A stretch of 64,000 bases of DNA from Roseibacillus sp. GTDB lineage: Bacteria > Verrucomicrobiota > Verrucomicrobiia > Verrucomicrobiales > Akkermansiaceae. The stretch is taken from NCBI GenBank assembly GCA_051251855.1, contig JBPOGI010000001.1, forward strand, positions 608,001 to 672,000. Reading direction: 5' to 3'. The position numbers and the translations under genes are program-made. The notes beneath the pieces were generated by a model. It saw only the letters and a list, made by a program, of their open reading frames with translations. It was not told the DNA's origin and made no database searches. Below are positions 1 to 8,950 of the stretch, piece after piece; the stretch's first letter is position 1, and each line of letters opens with the position of its first letter.

Positions 1-287
1 TGGAGCACCATTTCACCGTTGATAGTGAGAGTGGCGCTGCCATTACCCTCGAATGAGAAGTAGAGGCGCTGTCGTTTTTCGAGCTGAAGAGCTCCGGTCC
101 AAGTGACTTCGAAAGGACCAGCATTGAGCAAGGGAGTGGCGGGCTGGCCTTTGTCCACAAAGAGGGCTGGAAGGCGGCTAAGTTGGCTGTCAGTGGCTTC
201 TCCCTGTTGGAACTCTGCGAGAACGTCGCCACTGAGAAGAGGAGCGAAAAGTAGGAGCAGGAAAAAGATTGAGAAGGGAGAGGTCAT
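1..287 (-). CDS. Secreted protein, N-terminal part only (runs off the window start); PA14-like beta domain
   Basis: Manual translation from ATG at 287 gives MTSPFSIFFLLLLFAPLLSG (signal peptide) then ...GPFEVTWTGALQLEKRQRLYFSFEGNGSATLTINGEMVL, open to position 1. Confidence 0.65.
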   Translation of the reverse strand, partial: MTSPFSIFFLLLLFAPLLSGDVLAEFQQGEATDSQLSRLPALFVDKGQPATPLLNAGPFEVTWTGALQLEKRQRLYFSFEGNGSATLTINGEMVL

Positions 288-480
288 CTTAAGAAAATGG
301 TGAAATGAGAAAGAGCGTTTAGGAAAAGTGTCATCGTGAGACTGAGATTCATGAGGGAAAACCAAGAGAGCTTGGAACTTTTTGCAAAGATTGTGGCACG
401 GGGAAGGCTCTAAATTGGAGGTGGGAGGAATAGTTCCGTTGCTCTAACGGTGGTTCTCCTCCTATCCTTACAGCCGCATC

Positions 481-1932
481 ATGGATAAGACGAAGTCAGA
501 GAACAAGGGCCAGAAAGGGCAATCGCCAAGATTGCAAGTGGTTCCTGAGGAAGGGCTCAAAGATGGGCGTTCAATTCCTAATGCTTTGGAGGCTGAGCGC
601 TCGGTATTGTCATCGATGCTGCAAGATCCCGTGGACCGAATTGGTCAAGCGGTGGAGGCTGGCTTACGGCCCCAATACTTCTACCTGCCTTCGCACACGA
701 TGCTCTATGAGCTTTTGTTAGAGCGCTCGGATGCGGGGTTGCCGATTGATTTGGTGATCTTACACCAAGTGCTTTCGGACAAGGGATTGTTGGATTCCAT
801 TGGTGGTCCTTCGGCATTAGTGGACCTCTCTAATGCGGCAAGCTCAGCTGCTCACTTTGAGTACTATCTCAATATCATCCGTGATAAGTATGTCTTGCGT
901 GCTGTTATCGAGAATGCGAATTCCTCCATCGAGGAGGCTTACGGCAACCCTCCCGAGGTGGCAGGTTTTCTTGATTCGGTGGAGACCAATATATTTTCGA
1001 TTAAAGAAGATTTAGAGGTGAAGGGGGAGCTGACGATGAAGGAGTTGATCGGCGATGTCCTCGACGTTTTTGAGCAGTTGGCTTCGGGACAAAAAGGGCT
1101 GGAGGGGATTCCGACGGGCTATCCTATGCTCGATGAGATGTCCAATGGCCTCAAGCCGGGTGAAATGATGATTATCGCGGCTCGTCCTTCGATGGGGAAG
1201 ACCTCCTTCATGATGAACATTGTGGAGCAGATTGCCATCGACCAGAAGAAGCCTTCGCTGGTGTTTTCGTGTGAGATGTCGTCCCAGCAAATTGTGCAAC
1301 GTTTGTTGTTCTCGCGGGCGCGTTTCGCGCTTTCCCAGATGAAGCCGGGCTTCAAGATTACTAAGGAGGAGCTGAAGAATATTCAAAAAGCCTCGCAGGA
1401 ATTGGCGGAGGCTCCGCTCTTTATTGATGATACGCCGTCGCTGCCGATTGGAGATTTACGGGCGAAGGCGCGTCGTCTCAAGCGGGATGAAGATATCCAG
1501 CTCATCGCGGTGGATTATCTACAGCTGATGCGCTCGAACTCGAAGCAAGCGGGTGATTCTCGTGAGCGTGAAATTGCGGAGATTTCGTCGGGCCTGAAGG
1601 CGATTGCGAAGGAGTTAGGAATTCCGGTGATTGTCTTGGCTCAGCTGAACCGGGGGCCTGAGCAACGAGGAGGAACGCCACGAATGTCTGACTTGCGTGA
1701 GTCGGGTTCCATTGAGCAAGATGCCGACATGATTGGCCTCCTCTTTCGAAAGGAATACTACAACGACCCCACCAAGGACGATGCCGAGGAGGAGAAGGAA
1801 GCGAATGCGGGATTGGCGCAGCTGATTTTGGCGAAGAATCGTAACGGTGCTACTGGGGATATTCCTCTGCACTTTACGAAGGAGTTGATGCGCTTCGAGC
1901 CGCGTGAGTTCAATGATGATGAGTTGGAGTAG
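481..1932 (+). CDS. dnaB: Replicative DNA helicase DnaB
   Basis: AARPSMGKT Walker A, IAVDYLQLM, AQLNRGPEQR, SDLRESGSIEQDAD and LAKNRNGATG motifs. Confidence 0.98.
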   Translation: MDKTKSENKGQKGQSPRLQVVPEEGLKDGRSIPNALEAERSVLSSMLQDPVDRIGQAVEAGLRPQYFYLPSHTMLYELLLERSDAGLPIDLVILHQVLSDKGLLDSIGGPSALVDLSNAASSAAHFEYYLNIIRDKYVLRAVIENANSSIEEAYGNPPEVAGFLDSVETNIFSIKEDLEVKGELTMKELIGDVLDVFEQLASGQKGLEGIPTGYPMLDEMSNGLKPGEMMIIAARPSMGKTSFMMNIVEQIAIDQKKPSLVFSCEMSSQQIVQRLLFSRARFALSQMKPGFKITKEELKNIQKASQELAEAPLFIDDTPSLPIGDLRAKARRLKRDEDIQLIAVDYLQLMRSNSKQAGDSREREIAEISSGLKAIAKELGIPVIVLAQLNRGPEQRGGTPRMSDLRESGSIEQDADMIGLLFRKEYYNDPTKDDAEEEKEANAGLAQLILAKNRNGATGDIPLHFTKELMRFEPREFNDDELE

Positions 1933-1944
1933 GGGCTAAAGACG

Positions 1945-2583
1945 ATGCGGCTACTTTTTGATTTGGACGGAACTTTGACGAACCCGCTGGTCGGGTTTGC
2001 TCGCTCGGTTCAACATGCGATGACCGCTCTTGGGCGGGTTGCTCCGCCTGAGGAGGAGCTAGGTAGGTTTATTGGTCCGCTCTTGCATGATAGCTTTCGG
2101 ATACTGTTAGGCTCGCATGATGAGGAGTTGGTTCTAGAGGCGGTGAGATTGTATCGAGAGCGTTATGGGACCGTCGGGTTGTTTGAGAATGAGGTTTACT
2201 CGGGTATCGCGGATTCTTTGCAGAAATTGTCTCAGGAAGGTCATCGTCTCAGTGTTGCGACCTCCAAGCCGACTGTTTTTGCAAAACAGATCTTGGACCA
2301 CTTTGAGCTCAGCGAATTTTTCTGCTCGGTAGATGGAAGTGAGCTGAATGGGGTGCGTGGAGATAAGACGAGTCTCCTTGCTCATGTCATCGAGCGGGAT
2401 GGGTTGATTCCCAGTGAAGTGGTGATGATTGGGGATACCAAGTTCGACATGATTGGTTCGGTGAATAATGGGGTGCGTGGAGTGGGAGTTCTTTGGGGAT
2501 TTGGTTCGCAGGAAGAACTTTTGGAGGCTGGGGCGAGTGAGTGTCTCGGGAGTCCTAGTGAGCTGACCTCGCTGCGATTTTAG
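1945..2583 (+). CDS. HAD-superfamily phosphatase (phosphoglycolate phosphatase/5'-nucleotidase-like)
   Basis: FDLDGTL motif I, VATSK motif II, MIGDTKFD motif IV, GVLWGFG. Confidence 0.9.
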   Translation: MRLLFDLDGTLTNPLVGFARSVQHAMTALGRVAPPEEELGRFIGPLLHDSFRILLGSHDEELVLEAVRLYRERYGTVGLFENEVYSGIADSLQKLSQEGHRLSVATSKPTVFAKQILDHFELSEFFCSVDGSELNGVRGDKTSLLAHVIERDGLIPSEVVMIGDTKFDMIGSVNNGVRGVGVLWGFGSQEELLEAGASECLGSPSELTSLRF

Positions 2584-2640
2584 AGCTTGGGCACTCTGAA
2601 ACTTGAGGCCTGCGCCTCAAATTAACGGACGCGGTTGGGC

Positions 2641-2661
2641 CAGGCTAAAGCCTAGTGCTCC
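2641..2661 (-). repeat. REP-like palindrome between convergent genes
   Basis: Minus strand reads GGAGCAC-TAGGCTTTAGCCTG; a second hairpin TTGAGGC-CTGC-GCCTCAA lies at 2603-2620. Confidence 0.5.
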
Positions 2662-2702
2662 TATTTGAGACGATGCGGTTGCGGAGGTGGGTGAGTCGGA
2701 TT

Positions 2703-3413
2703 TTAAGAGGTCTTTTCTGGAGAAACCTGGAACCCGGCTTGCGAGATCGCCTGAATGAACTTGGATTTTGCATCTGTTAGGATGGGGTCTCCGTGGGCGA
2801 CGATGATGTGCTCAAAATCGAGGTCTGCAATTTGTTGAAGGGAATGAGTGAAGGCTTCGCGGTCCTTGATGCAGAGCTTCAGAAGGCGGCTCATGCCGGG
2901 GTAGACTTTGATTCCGGACAAGGCGCGCAAGAAGAAACGGGTCCACCCTTTAGTGGTGGGGGGAAGGTTGAAGATGAGGTCGGCAAGAATGAGGGTTTTT
3001 GAAGGGCTGTGGTAGAGTGCGAGTTCGTTGAGTTTGGGCGCGCCCTTGATGGGGATTACTTCCAACTCCCGGGCCCACTCGTTGGGTGCATTCTGCGGAG
3101 TGAGTGTTTGTGCATTGAGGCTTTCTGCTTCAGGAAATTTTTTTGGAACGAGATAGGGAATGTCTGGAAAGGCTGCGCGCCCTTCCTTGGCGAAGGTGTC
3201 GTGGTAGAGGGTCGCTTCAAGGAGCCAAGCAGGTTCACCGAGTTCGGAGATCGCCTGGGCGTCCTCCTCGGTAAAGTCGGCGGTAGAGTGAATGAGGAGC
3301 TTGCCGCTGGAGAGTCGGACGACGGTAATATTTCGCCCAAATTGAGCTCCCGCGATAGAGAGAGGGTGCCTTTGTAAAAAGACATTGTCTGTGAGTGGTT
3401 CGAGAGCGGACAT
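2703..3413 (-). CDS. DUF4336-like (metallo-beta-lactamase-fold) protein
   Basis: RNITVVRLSSGKLLIHS, YHDTF, HSPSKTLILADLIFN, FEHIIVAHGD; start 3413 (ATG), alternative 3440. Confidence 0.75.
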   Translation of the reverse strand: MSALEPLTDNVFLQRHPLSIAGAQFGRNITVVRLSSGKLLIHSTADFTEEDAQAISELGEPAWLLEATLYHDTFAKEGRAAFPDIPYLVPKKFPEAESLNAQTLTPQNAPNEWARELEVIPIKGAPKLNELALYHSPSKTLILADLIFNLPPTTKGWTRFFLRALSGIKVYPGMSRLLKLCIKDREAFTHSLQQIADLDFEHIIVAHGDPILTDAKSKFIQAISQAGFQVSPEKTS

Positions 3414-3436
3414 CAGGTGTTTTGGTGAAATGGCTA

Positions 3437-4912
3437 TCAAGCGATGTTGCCGATTTTTCCTCGAAGGTGGGCTAGGTAGTCAGCCCCTTCGGTGGGGCGG
3501 CCGGTGGCGGACTTCATGAGATCTTGGGGGAGGAGGGTGGCGCCTTTGCCGTGGATTTCGCGCTGGAGCCAGCTGAGGAGGGGAGCGGTGTCGGCTTGGG
3601 CGAAGGCGCTGGCGATGGTGGAATCTTGCATGGCGGTGCGGAAGAGTTGGGCGGCGTTGAGGTTGCCGAGGGAATAGGTGGCGAAGTAGCCGAGGCCTCC
3701 CATGGACCAGTGGATGTCTTGTAGGCAGCCTTCAGTATCAGTGGATGGGGTGATGCCAAAGAGTTCTTTGAATTGGGAATTCCAGGCGTCGGGGATATCT
3801 TGGACCTTGAGGTCACCGTTAATGAGTTGGCGCTCGAGGGCAAAGCGGAGGAGGATGTGAAGGTCGTAAGTGGCTTCGTCGGATTCGACTCGGACGAAGG
3901 AGTATTGCGAGCGATTGATGGCGGGAAGGAAGGTGTCGAGGTCGAGGGTGCGCAGGTGGGGGAAGAGTTCTTGGGCGCTTGGAAGCCATTTTTCCCAGAA
4001 GGGGCGGGAACGGCCGACGTGGTTTTCCCAGAGGCGGGATTGGGATTCGTGGATGCCGAGTGAGACAGAGTCGCCAGAGGGGAGGTGCGCTTGGTCGGAA
4101 GGGAGGCCTTGTTCGTAGAGACCATGACCTGCTTCGTGGAGGACTCCGAAGAGGGAGGAGGCGAAGTCGTTTTCATCATAGCGGGTGGTGAGGCGGACGT
4201 CTTGTGGCCCGAGGGTAGTGCAGAAGGGATGAGTGGTGGTGTCGATGCGGCCGTTGTCGAAATCGAAGCCAATGGACTCGGCGACTTCGCGATTGAGTTG
4301 CTGCTGTTGGGCAACGGGTGCGGCTCCGAAGAGGAGGTCGGCTGGGATTTCTTGGGAGGCGGCCACGGCTTGCGCGGCGATATCAGTGAGGTCGGTCTTG
4401 AGGGAGTCAAAGAGGGAGGAGATTTCGGTGGTGGTGGCGGCGCGCTCGTAACCGGAGAGGAGAGCGGTGTAGGGTTCGTCGTCATAGCCCCAGAGGTCGG
4501 CTTTTTCGCGGGCGATATCTAACAGGGTCTCGAGGTGAGGGGCGAAGGTGGCGAAGTCGTTTTCGGTGCGCGCTTTGGCCCAGGCTGCTTTGGCGAGGGA
4601 GGAGGTTTGGGAATCTTTCTCGACGAGGGCTTGCGGGATGCGAGTGGCGCGCTCGTAGTGATGGCGTAGTTCGCGCAAGTTAGCGGCGTGTTGTGGGAGG
4701 TTTTCTGCTTCGGCTGCTTCGAGGGCCTGGCGGTAGGTGTCGCTGGTGGAGAGTTGATGCACTTTGCCCGAGAGGAGAGAGAGTTGAGCTGCGCGATGAG
4801 GGATGGCTCCCTCGGGGAGGAAAGTCTCTTGGTCCCAGCCGAGGGTGGCGGCGGCGGTGTTGTAGAGGTGTTTTTCGCGAAGGAGCTGGGAGAGGTGTTC
4901 GAAGGCGGACAT
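3437..4912 (-). CDS. Carboxypeptidase, peptidase family M32 (Taq-type)
   Basis: HPFC, VLHEAGHGLYEQ (HExxH), HESQSRLWEN, GCLQDIHWS, GYFATYSLG. Confidence 0.95.
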   Translation of the reverse strand: MSAFEHLSQLLREKHLYNTAAATLGWDQETFLPEGAIPHRAAQLSLLSGKVHQLSTSDTYRQALEAAEAENLPQHAANLRELRHHYERATRIPQALVEKDSQTSSLAKAAWAKARTENDFATFAPHLETLLDIAREKADLWGYDDEPYTALLSGYERAATTTEISSLFDSLKTDLTDIAAQAVAASQEIPADLLFGAAPVAQQQQLNREVAESIGFDFDNGRIDTTTHPFCTTLGPQDVRLTTRYDENDFASSLFGVLHEAGHGLYEQGLPSDQAHLPSGDSVSLGIHESQSRLWENHVGRSRPFWEKWLPSAQELFPHLRTLDLDTFLPAINRSQYSFVRVESDEATYDLHILLRFALERQLINGDLKVQDIPDAWNSQFKELFGITPSTDTEGCLQDIHWSMGGLGYFATYSLGNLNAAQLFRTAMQDSTIASAFAQADTAPLLSWLQREIHGKGATLLPQDLMKSATGRPTEGADYLAHLRGKIGNIA

Positions 4913-5012
4913 GCCAGAGTTTTGGAAAGGGGGTGATTTTTTGCGAGGGGAATCTTGCAAAGGTTGCGCATTGCTCTTTCGGCTTTGCAAGCTCGGTGCT
5001 ATTCTCGCGCTC

Positions 5013-5804
5013 TTGTATTGGGAAGCATTCCAGAATCATTGGAGGGACGGGGTTGAAATTCTCGTCCTTTGGTTGGTGATCTATCAGCTCTATCGGGCAT
5101 TTCGTGCGACACGAGGGGCCAGTATTCTGGTGGGCTTGGCGACAGTGTTGATCGCGTTTATCTTGGTTTCTACGGTGCTGCAGCTGCCGGTGTTGAGCTG
5201 GATTTTGAGCAAGGCGGTCCTCTTTTTGGCCTTTGCGCTGTTGATTATTTTTCAACCTGAGATTCGCAGCACTTTAGCTCGTATCGGTAGCACGCGGTTC
5301 CTATCTTTTAACACGGGACAGCGGAAATTTTTGACCTTGTTGCAAGACTCGGTTGTGCAGCTTTCGAAGAAACGGTTCGGAGCGCTCTTTGCCTTGGAGC
5401 GTTCGATTTCGTTAAAGGAAATTCAGCAAACGGGAGTTGAGATTGGGGGCGAGCTTTCAGTGGAGTTGGCGATGACCTTGTTCTTTCCCAAGTCGGCCCT
5501 CCATGACGGTGGAGTGGTATTGGATGAGGAGAGGATTGTATCGGCGGGTTGCGTCTTTCCTGTGACGCAACGTGATATGAGCGACCGCTCCTTGGGGCTG
5601 CGTCATCGGGCTGCTATTGGGCTGACTGAGGAGACGGACGCGGTTGCGATTGTGGTGAGCGAGGAGACGGGCACGATTTCGATTGCAGTGGATGGGGAGT
5701 TGGAGCGTTTCAAGAATGAGACCGAGTTTCGCGAACGCTTGGAGGCGATTTTCTTAAATAATGAGCAGAAAAAAGACAGTTCAGATTCGGAATCTGACAG
5801 CTAA
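5013..5804 (+). CDS. cdaA: Diadenylate cyclase CdaA/DacA (3 TM + DAC domain)
   Basis: N-terminal TM helices, IFQPEIR, ALHDGG, GLRHRAAIG, VVSEETG; start uncertain (TTG 5013). Confidence 0.93.
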   Translation: MYWEAFQNHWRDGVEILVLWLVIYQLYRAFRATRGASILVGLATVLIAFILVSTVLQLPVLSWILSKAVLFLAFALLIIFQPEIRSTLARIGSTRFLSFNTGQRKFLTLLQDSVVQLSKKRFGALFALERSISLKEIQQTGVEIGGELSVELAMTLFFPKSALHDGGVVLDEERIVSAGCVFPVTQRDMSDRSLGLRHRAAIGLTEETDAVAIVVSEETGTISIAVDGELERFKNETEFRERLEAIFLNNEQKKDSSDSESDS

Positions 5805-5988
5805 GGTAGCTTCGCTATTTCTGGCAGTGATCGTTTGGTTCCTCATTACGACGGACCTTCGGCGAACCTCGAGTTCGGCTGATAAAAATGACGAAGACTC
5901 GACTCTGTTAGGGCCAGCCTTCAACCCTGATTTACAAGGAACGGGTGAACCTGTTGAGCCCAAGAAGGAGACTCCGACAGTTCACTGA
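5761..5988 (+). CDS. Small membrane protein resembling only the N-terminal anchor of CdaR/YbbR
   Basis: RNLTAKVASLFLAVIVWFLI resembles the CdaR N-terminal TM pattern; overlaps the cdaA 3' end. Confidence 0.6.
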   Translation: MSRKKTVQIRNLTAKVASLFLAVIVWFLITTDLRRTSSSADKNDEDSTLLGPAFNPDLQGTGEPVEPKKETPTVH

Positions 5989-6023
5989 CTACTTTGCGCC
6001 GAGAAAGGTGGACTTAGCTAAGG

Positions 6024-6551
6024 ATGAAGGTGAAACTAGCGCTCTTTGTTCTTGGTGTCTGTGCCTTTGTCGCTGGAGGCGTTTTTGTTATGTGGGTCTC
6101 TGGAGCTTTCGATGAAGTCCATCAGAGATACGAAAGTAAGAAACAGGCCCAAGCGGATCGCCTGTTTGAGCGAGGTTGGTTGCCTCACTTTATCCCTGAA
6201 AGTTCCAGGAATATCTCGATGGTGAACAACCTCGATATTAATACCACGATGGGTTCTTTTGATTTCGACCCGCTTGAGTTGGATTTGTTTGTCAGGAGTG
6301 TTCAGCAGGCGAACGATGGCTTGGTGAGGGTGGGCTCTTATCGGGAGAAAGAAGGGGAGCTAAATAGAAATGGCTACCTGATTTTTGACTGTAGTTTTGG
6401 AGAGGGAGCTTGGAAGTTTCTGATTCATCCCCGTGGGCACTGCGAGTTCTGGGGTAGTAGTAATGACGGGGTTCTTTCGAAAAAATCTGAGAAGGAGAAC
6501 AAAGCTGAGAACTTAAAGTCTATTGAGAGCGATGAGTCGGAGGTTGACTGA
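6024..6551 (+). CDS. Hypothetical exported/membrane-anchored protein
   Basis: 175-aa ORF, AAGG upstream of ATG, N-terminal hydrophobic helix, LFERGWLP motif. Confidence 0.7.
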   Translation: MKVKLALFVLGVCAFVAGGVFVMWVSGAFDEVHQRYESKKQAQADRLFERGWLPHFIPESSRNISMVNNLDINTTMGSFDFDPLELDLFVRSVQQANDGLVRVGSYREKEGELNRNGYLIFDCSFGEGAWKFLIHPRGHCEFWGSSNDGVLSKKSEKENKAENLKSIESDESEVD

Positions 6552-6619
6552 GCATGTGGTCGTAGTAGAACTAATCAAGGCGTGCTGAGTTGATTGGATT
6601 ATGGGCGCTGGAAGATTCT

Positions 6620-7267
6620 ATGAAAGGTGGCGTGATTGTTACGGGGACTGATACTGGGTGTGGTAAGACTTGGTTTTCGTGGTTGCTTGTGAAGGCGCTG
6701 CGGGCAAAGGGAATTGATGCGGTGGGCTGGAAACCGATGTGCTGCGGTGAGCGGGAGGATGCCTATGCTCTGGAAGATGCTAGCGACGGGCAGTTGACGA
6801 TTGACGAGGTGAATCCGGTGTGGTTTCGGACGCCGATTGCGCCCTTTCCTGCATCTGAGCTAGAGGGCGGAGCGGTTGACCTCGATGCCTTGGCTGCGTT
6901 AGGAAAGTCCTTGGCTGCGAAGCATGAGGTGGTGGTTTGTGAGGGGGTTGGAGGTTGGGAGGTGCCTTTGACGGCGTCGGAGGGTTTTTCGGACTTTGCG
7001 AAGAAGCTGGGCTGGCCGGTGATTTTGGTGATTGGAAACCGCCTCGGGGCGCTGAATCATACCTTTCTCTCGGCGGCGGCGATTGAGGCGGAAGGCTGTG
7101 AGTTGAAGGCTGCAGTCTTGAATCAGGTGATTGAAGAACAAGATGTGGCGGGGGTGACCAATCGTGGGGTGATTGAGCAACGAATGCCTGGGAAGGTTGT
7201 GGGAGAAGTGATGCACGGGGCTGAGGTGCTGGAGGAGGAGATTTTGGAGGCACTGATTGCGCGGTAG
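6620..7267 (+). CDS. bioD: Dethiobiotin synthase
   Basis: VTGTDTGCGKT, WKP, VCEGVGG, RLGALNHT. Confidence 0.95.
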   Translation: MKGGVIVTGTDTGCGKTWFSWLLVKALRAKGIDAVGWKPMCCGEREDAYALEDASDGQLTIDEVNPVWFRTPIAPFPASELEGGAVDLDALAALGKSLAAKHEVVVCEGVGGWEVPLTASEGFSDFAKKLGWPVILVIGNRLGALNHTFLSAAAIEAEGCELKAAVLNQVIEEQDVAGVTNRGVIEQRMPGKVVGEVMHGAEVLEEEILEALIAR

Positions 7268-7406
7268 GGGCTGGGTAGGTTTCGTTCACCGCAGAGTCGA
7301 AGAGACGCGAGAAGGGCAGAATGTAAGGCTCTGAGAGGAGGTGATTGGTGGACGACTGAAGTTCGACATTCCTGTTGGACTCCTCTTGTGGGGGGCGAGT
7401 GGGCAC

Positions 7407-7437
7407 AAAAAAACGGCTCCTGTCGGAGCCGCTTTTT
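7407..7437 (-). terminator. Rho-independent terminator of rplS (possibly bidirectional)
   Basis: CGGCTCC-GACA-GGAGCCG stem followed by T7 on the minus strand, with a T5 run on the plus strand. Confidence 0.85.
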
Positions 7438-7462
7438 GGAAAGTCTATTGTGTGGAGTAGAA

Positions 7463-7924
7463 TTACTCGGCGCTCTCGGTGGCTTCAGCGGCGGCTGGCG
7501 CGGGAGCTTCTTCCTTCGAAGCACGCTTGGCTGCAGAAGCTTCTTTCTTGGCTTCACGAGCTTTGGCAGCGGCGTTGGTGTCAGCGGGCTTAACAAGGAG
7601 GGCGCGCTTACCAACACGGTCACGGAGGTAGTGAAGCTTAGCACGACGAACACGGCCACGAGAAACAACTTCAATCTTAGAAACACGAGGAGTGTGAACT
7701 GGGAAAATACGTTCAACGCCTTCGCCGTAAGAAATCTTACGAACGGTGTAGGATGCGTTCACGCCGCCACCTTTACGAGCGATGACGAGTCCAGCAAAAA
7801 TCTGGGTCCGCTCTTTCTCTCCCTCACGAACGAGGCAATGGATTTTGACGCTGTCACCGACACCAAATTCGGGAATGTCACTTTTCTGTTGTTCTTGGTC
7901 GATTTTGTCGATGATGGCGCTCAT
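7463..7924 (-). CDS. rplS: 50S ribosomal protein L19
   Basis: [49 protein letters not shown]; Ala/Glu/Lys-rich tail. Confidence 0.98.
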   Translation of the reverse strand: MSAIIDKIDQEQQKSDIPEFGVGDSVKIHCLVREGEKERTQIFAGLVIARKGGGVNASYTVRKISYGEGVERIFPVHTPRVSKIEVVSRGRVRRAKLHYLRDRVGKRALLVKPADTNAAAKAREAKKEASAAKRASKEEAPAPAAAEATESAE

Positions 7925-8092
7925 AACTTGAAATTGGTTTCTTCCGGCTTTTCCGAGGGTTTCGGGACCGAAGGGGCGAGGGAACTAAGGGATTCGAAGG
8001 GTTGATTCAACTGTTTTTTTTGAAATTGGTGTCTCAATCCACTTTTTTCGTTGGAATACTGTCGGGAAGGGAGGTTGGGAGCATTTTAGGGC

Positions 8093-8800
8093 TTAACCGG
8101 CGAAGAGAATACGACCGCAGTTTTCGCACTGGGTGACTTCTTTGTCTGCGTTGACTTTGATGAGGGTAGCGGGGGTGACTTTGACGTGGCAGCCAGCGCA
8201 TTGTCCGCTTTCAGAGAGGCTGACAACGACCTTTGTTCCGCGCGCTTTGCGGAGGCGGTCGTAGGTTTCGAGTAGGTCTTGGTCGCTCGTCTCGGCGGCC
8301 GCCTTATCACGCATGGTCTTGACTTCGGCGAGACGCTTGGTTTCTTCGTCTTCACGTTTATCGTAGCTGACAAGCTCCTCATTCACGCTTTCTTCGGCCT
8401 TGGCAAGTTTGTCCTTGGCTTGATCGAGGACATCTCTTCGCTGGTCGCTTTTTTCCATGAGCTCAAGTTCGGTGGTCTCGTGGTCGTCAATTTCCTGCTG
8501 ATAACGCTCGATTTCGGTGCCGATAGCTCGAAATTCTTCGTTCTTACGCGTTTCAAACTGCTGGGTCTTGAGCCGGCCGATGGTTGTCTTGCGAGTTTCG
8601 ATGTCCAGTTCGACAGTTTTAATGGCCATCTCGTTCTCTTGGAGGCTGGCTTTGGCATCGGCAACGGCTTTCTGAGAGCTAGCGAGACGGGTCTTGGCCA
8701 TTTCCTTCTCGGCAGGAATACGCTTGAGGTCGGCGATGAGGTCAGCGATTGACTGGTCGCGCTGTTGAAGGATGAGAAGTTTCTCGATTTCGGGAATCAC
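8093..8800 (-). CDS. Coiled-coil C4 zinc-ribbon protein (CT398/HP0958/DUF164 family)
   Basis: Long coiled coil followed by CAGCHVKV...CENCGRIL. Confidence 0.9.
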   Translation of the reverse strand: MIPEIEKLLILQQRDQSIADLIADLKRIPAEKEMAKTRLASSQKAVADAKASLQENEMAIKTVELDIETRKTTIGRLKTQQFETRKNEEFRAIGTEIERYQQEIDDHETTELELMEKSDQRRDVLDQAKDKLAKAEESVNEELVSYDKREDEETKRLAEVKTMRDKAAAETSDQDLLETYDRLRKARGTKVVVSLSESGQCAGCHVKVTPATLIKVNADKEVTQCENCGRILFAG

Positions 8801-8950
8801 GCCCTGTGATTATCGCGCTGTGGAGGGGCTGGCAAGAGTAGGAATGCTTGAGTGTAAAAAGAAGACTCTAAAATTGAAGAGAATGAGTTGATGCCACGCC
8901 GTTAAAAAGGGAGACTCTTGCGAGCGACCATCGCTATCCCTTTTACCTGA

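Noticed and set aside
103..303. 66-aa + strand ORF
   Set aside because: Antisense to the more plausible signal-peptide gene running off the window on the - strand
372..462. Sigma54-like boxes and a GGAGGA...TCCTCC hairpin upstream of dnaB
   Set aside because: TGGAAC/TTGCA spacing is wrong, TGGCAC lacks a good -12 box, and the hairpin is imperfect with no supporting evidence
3492..5255. Many overlapping ORFs across the M32 peptidase gene
   Set aside because: Shadow frames of a well-supported gene
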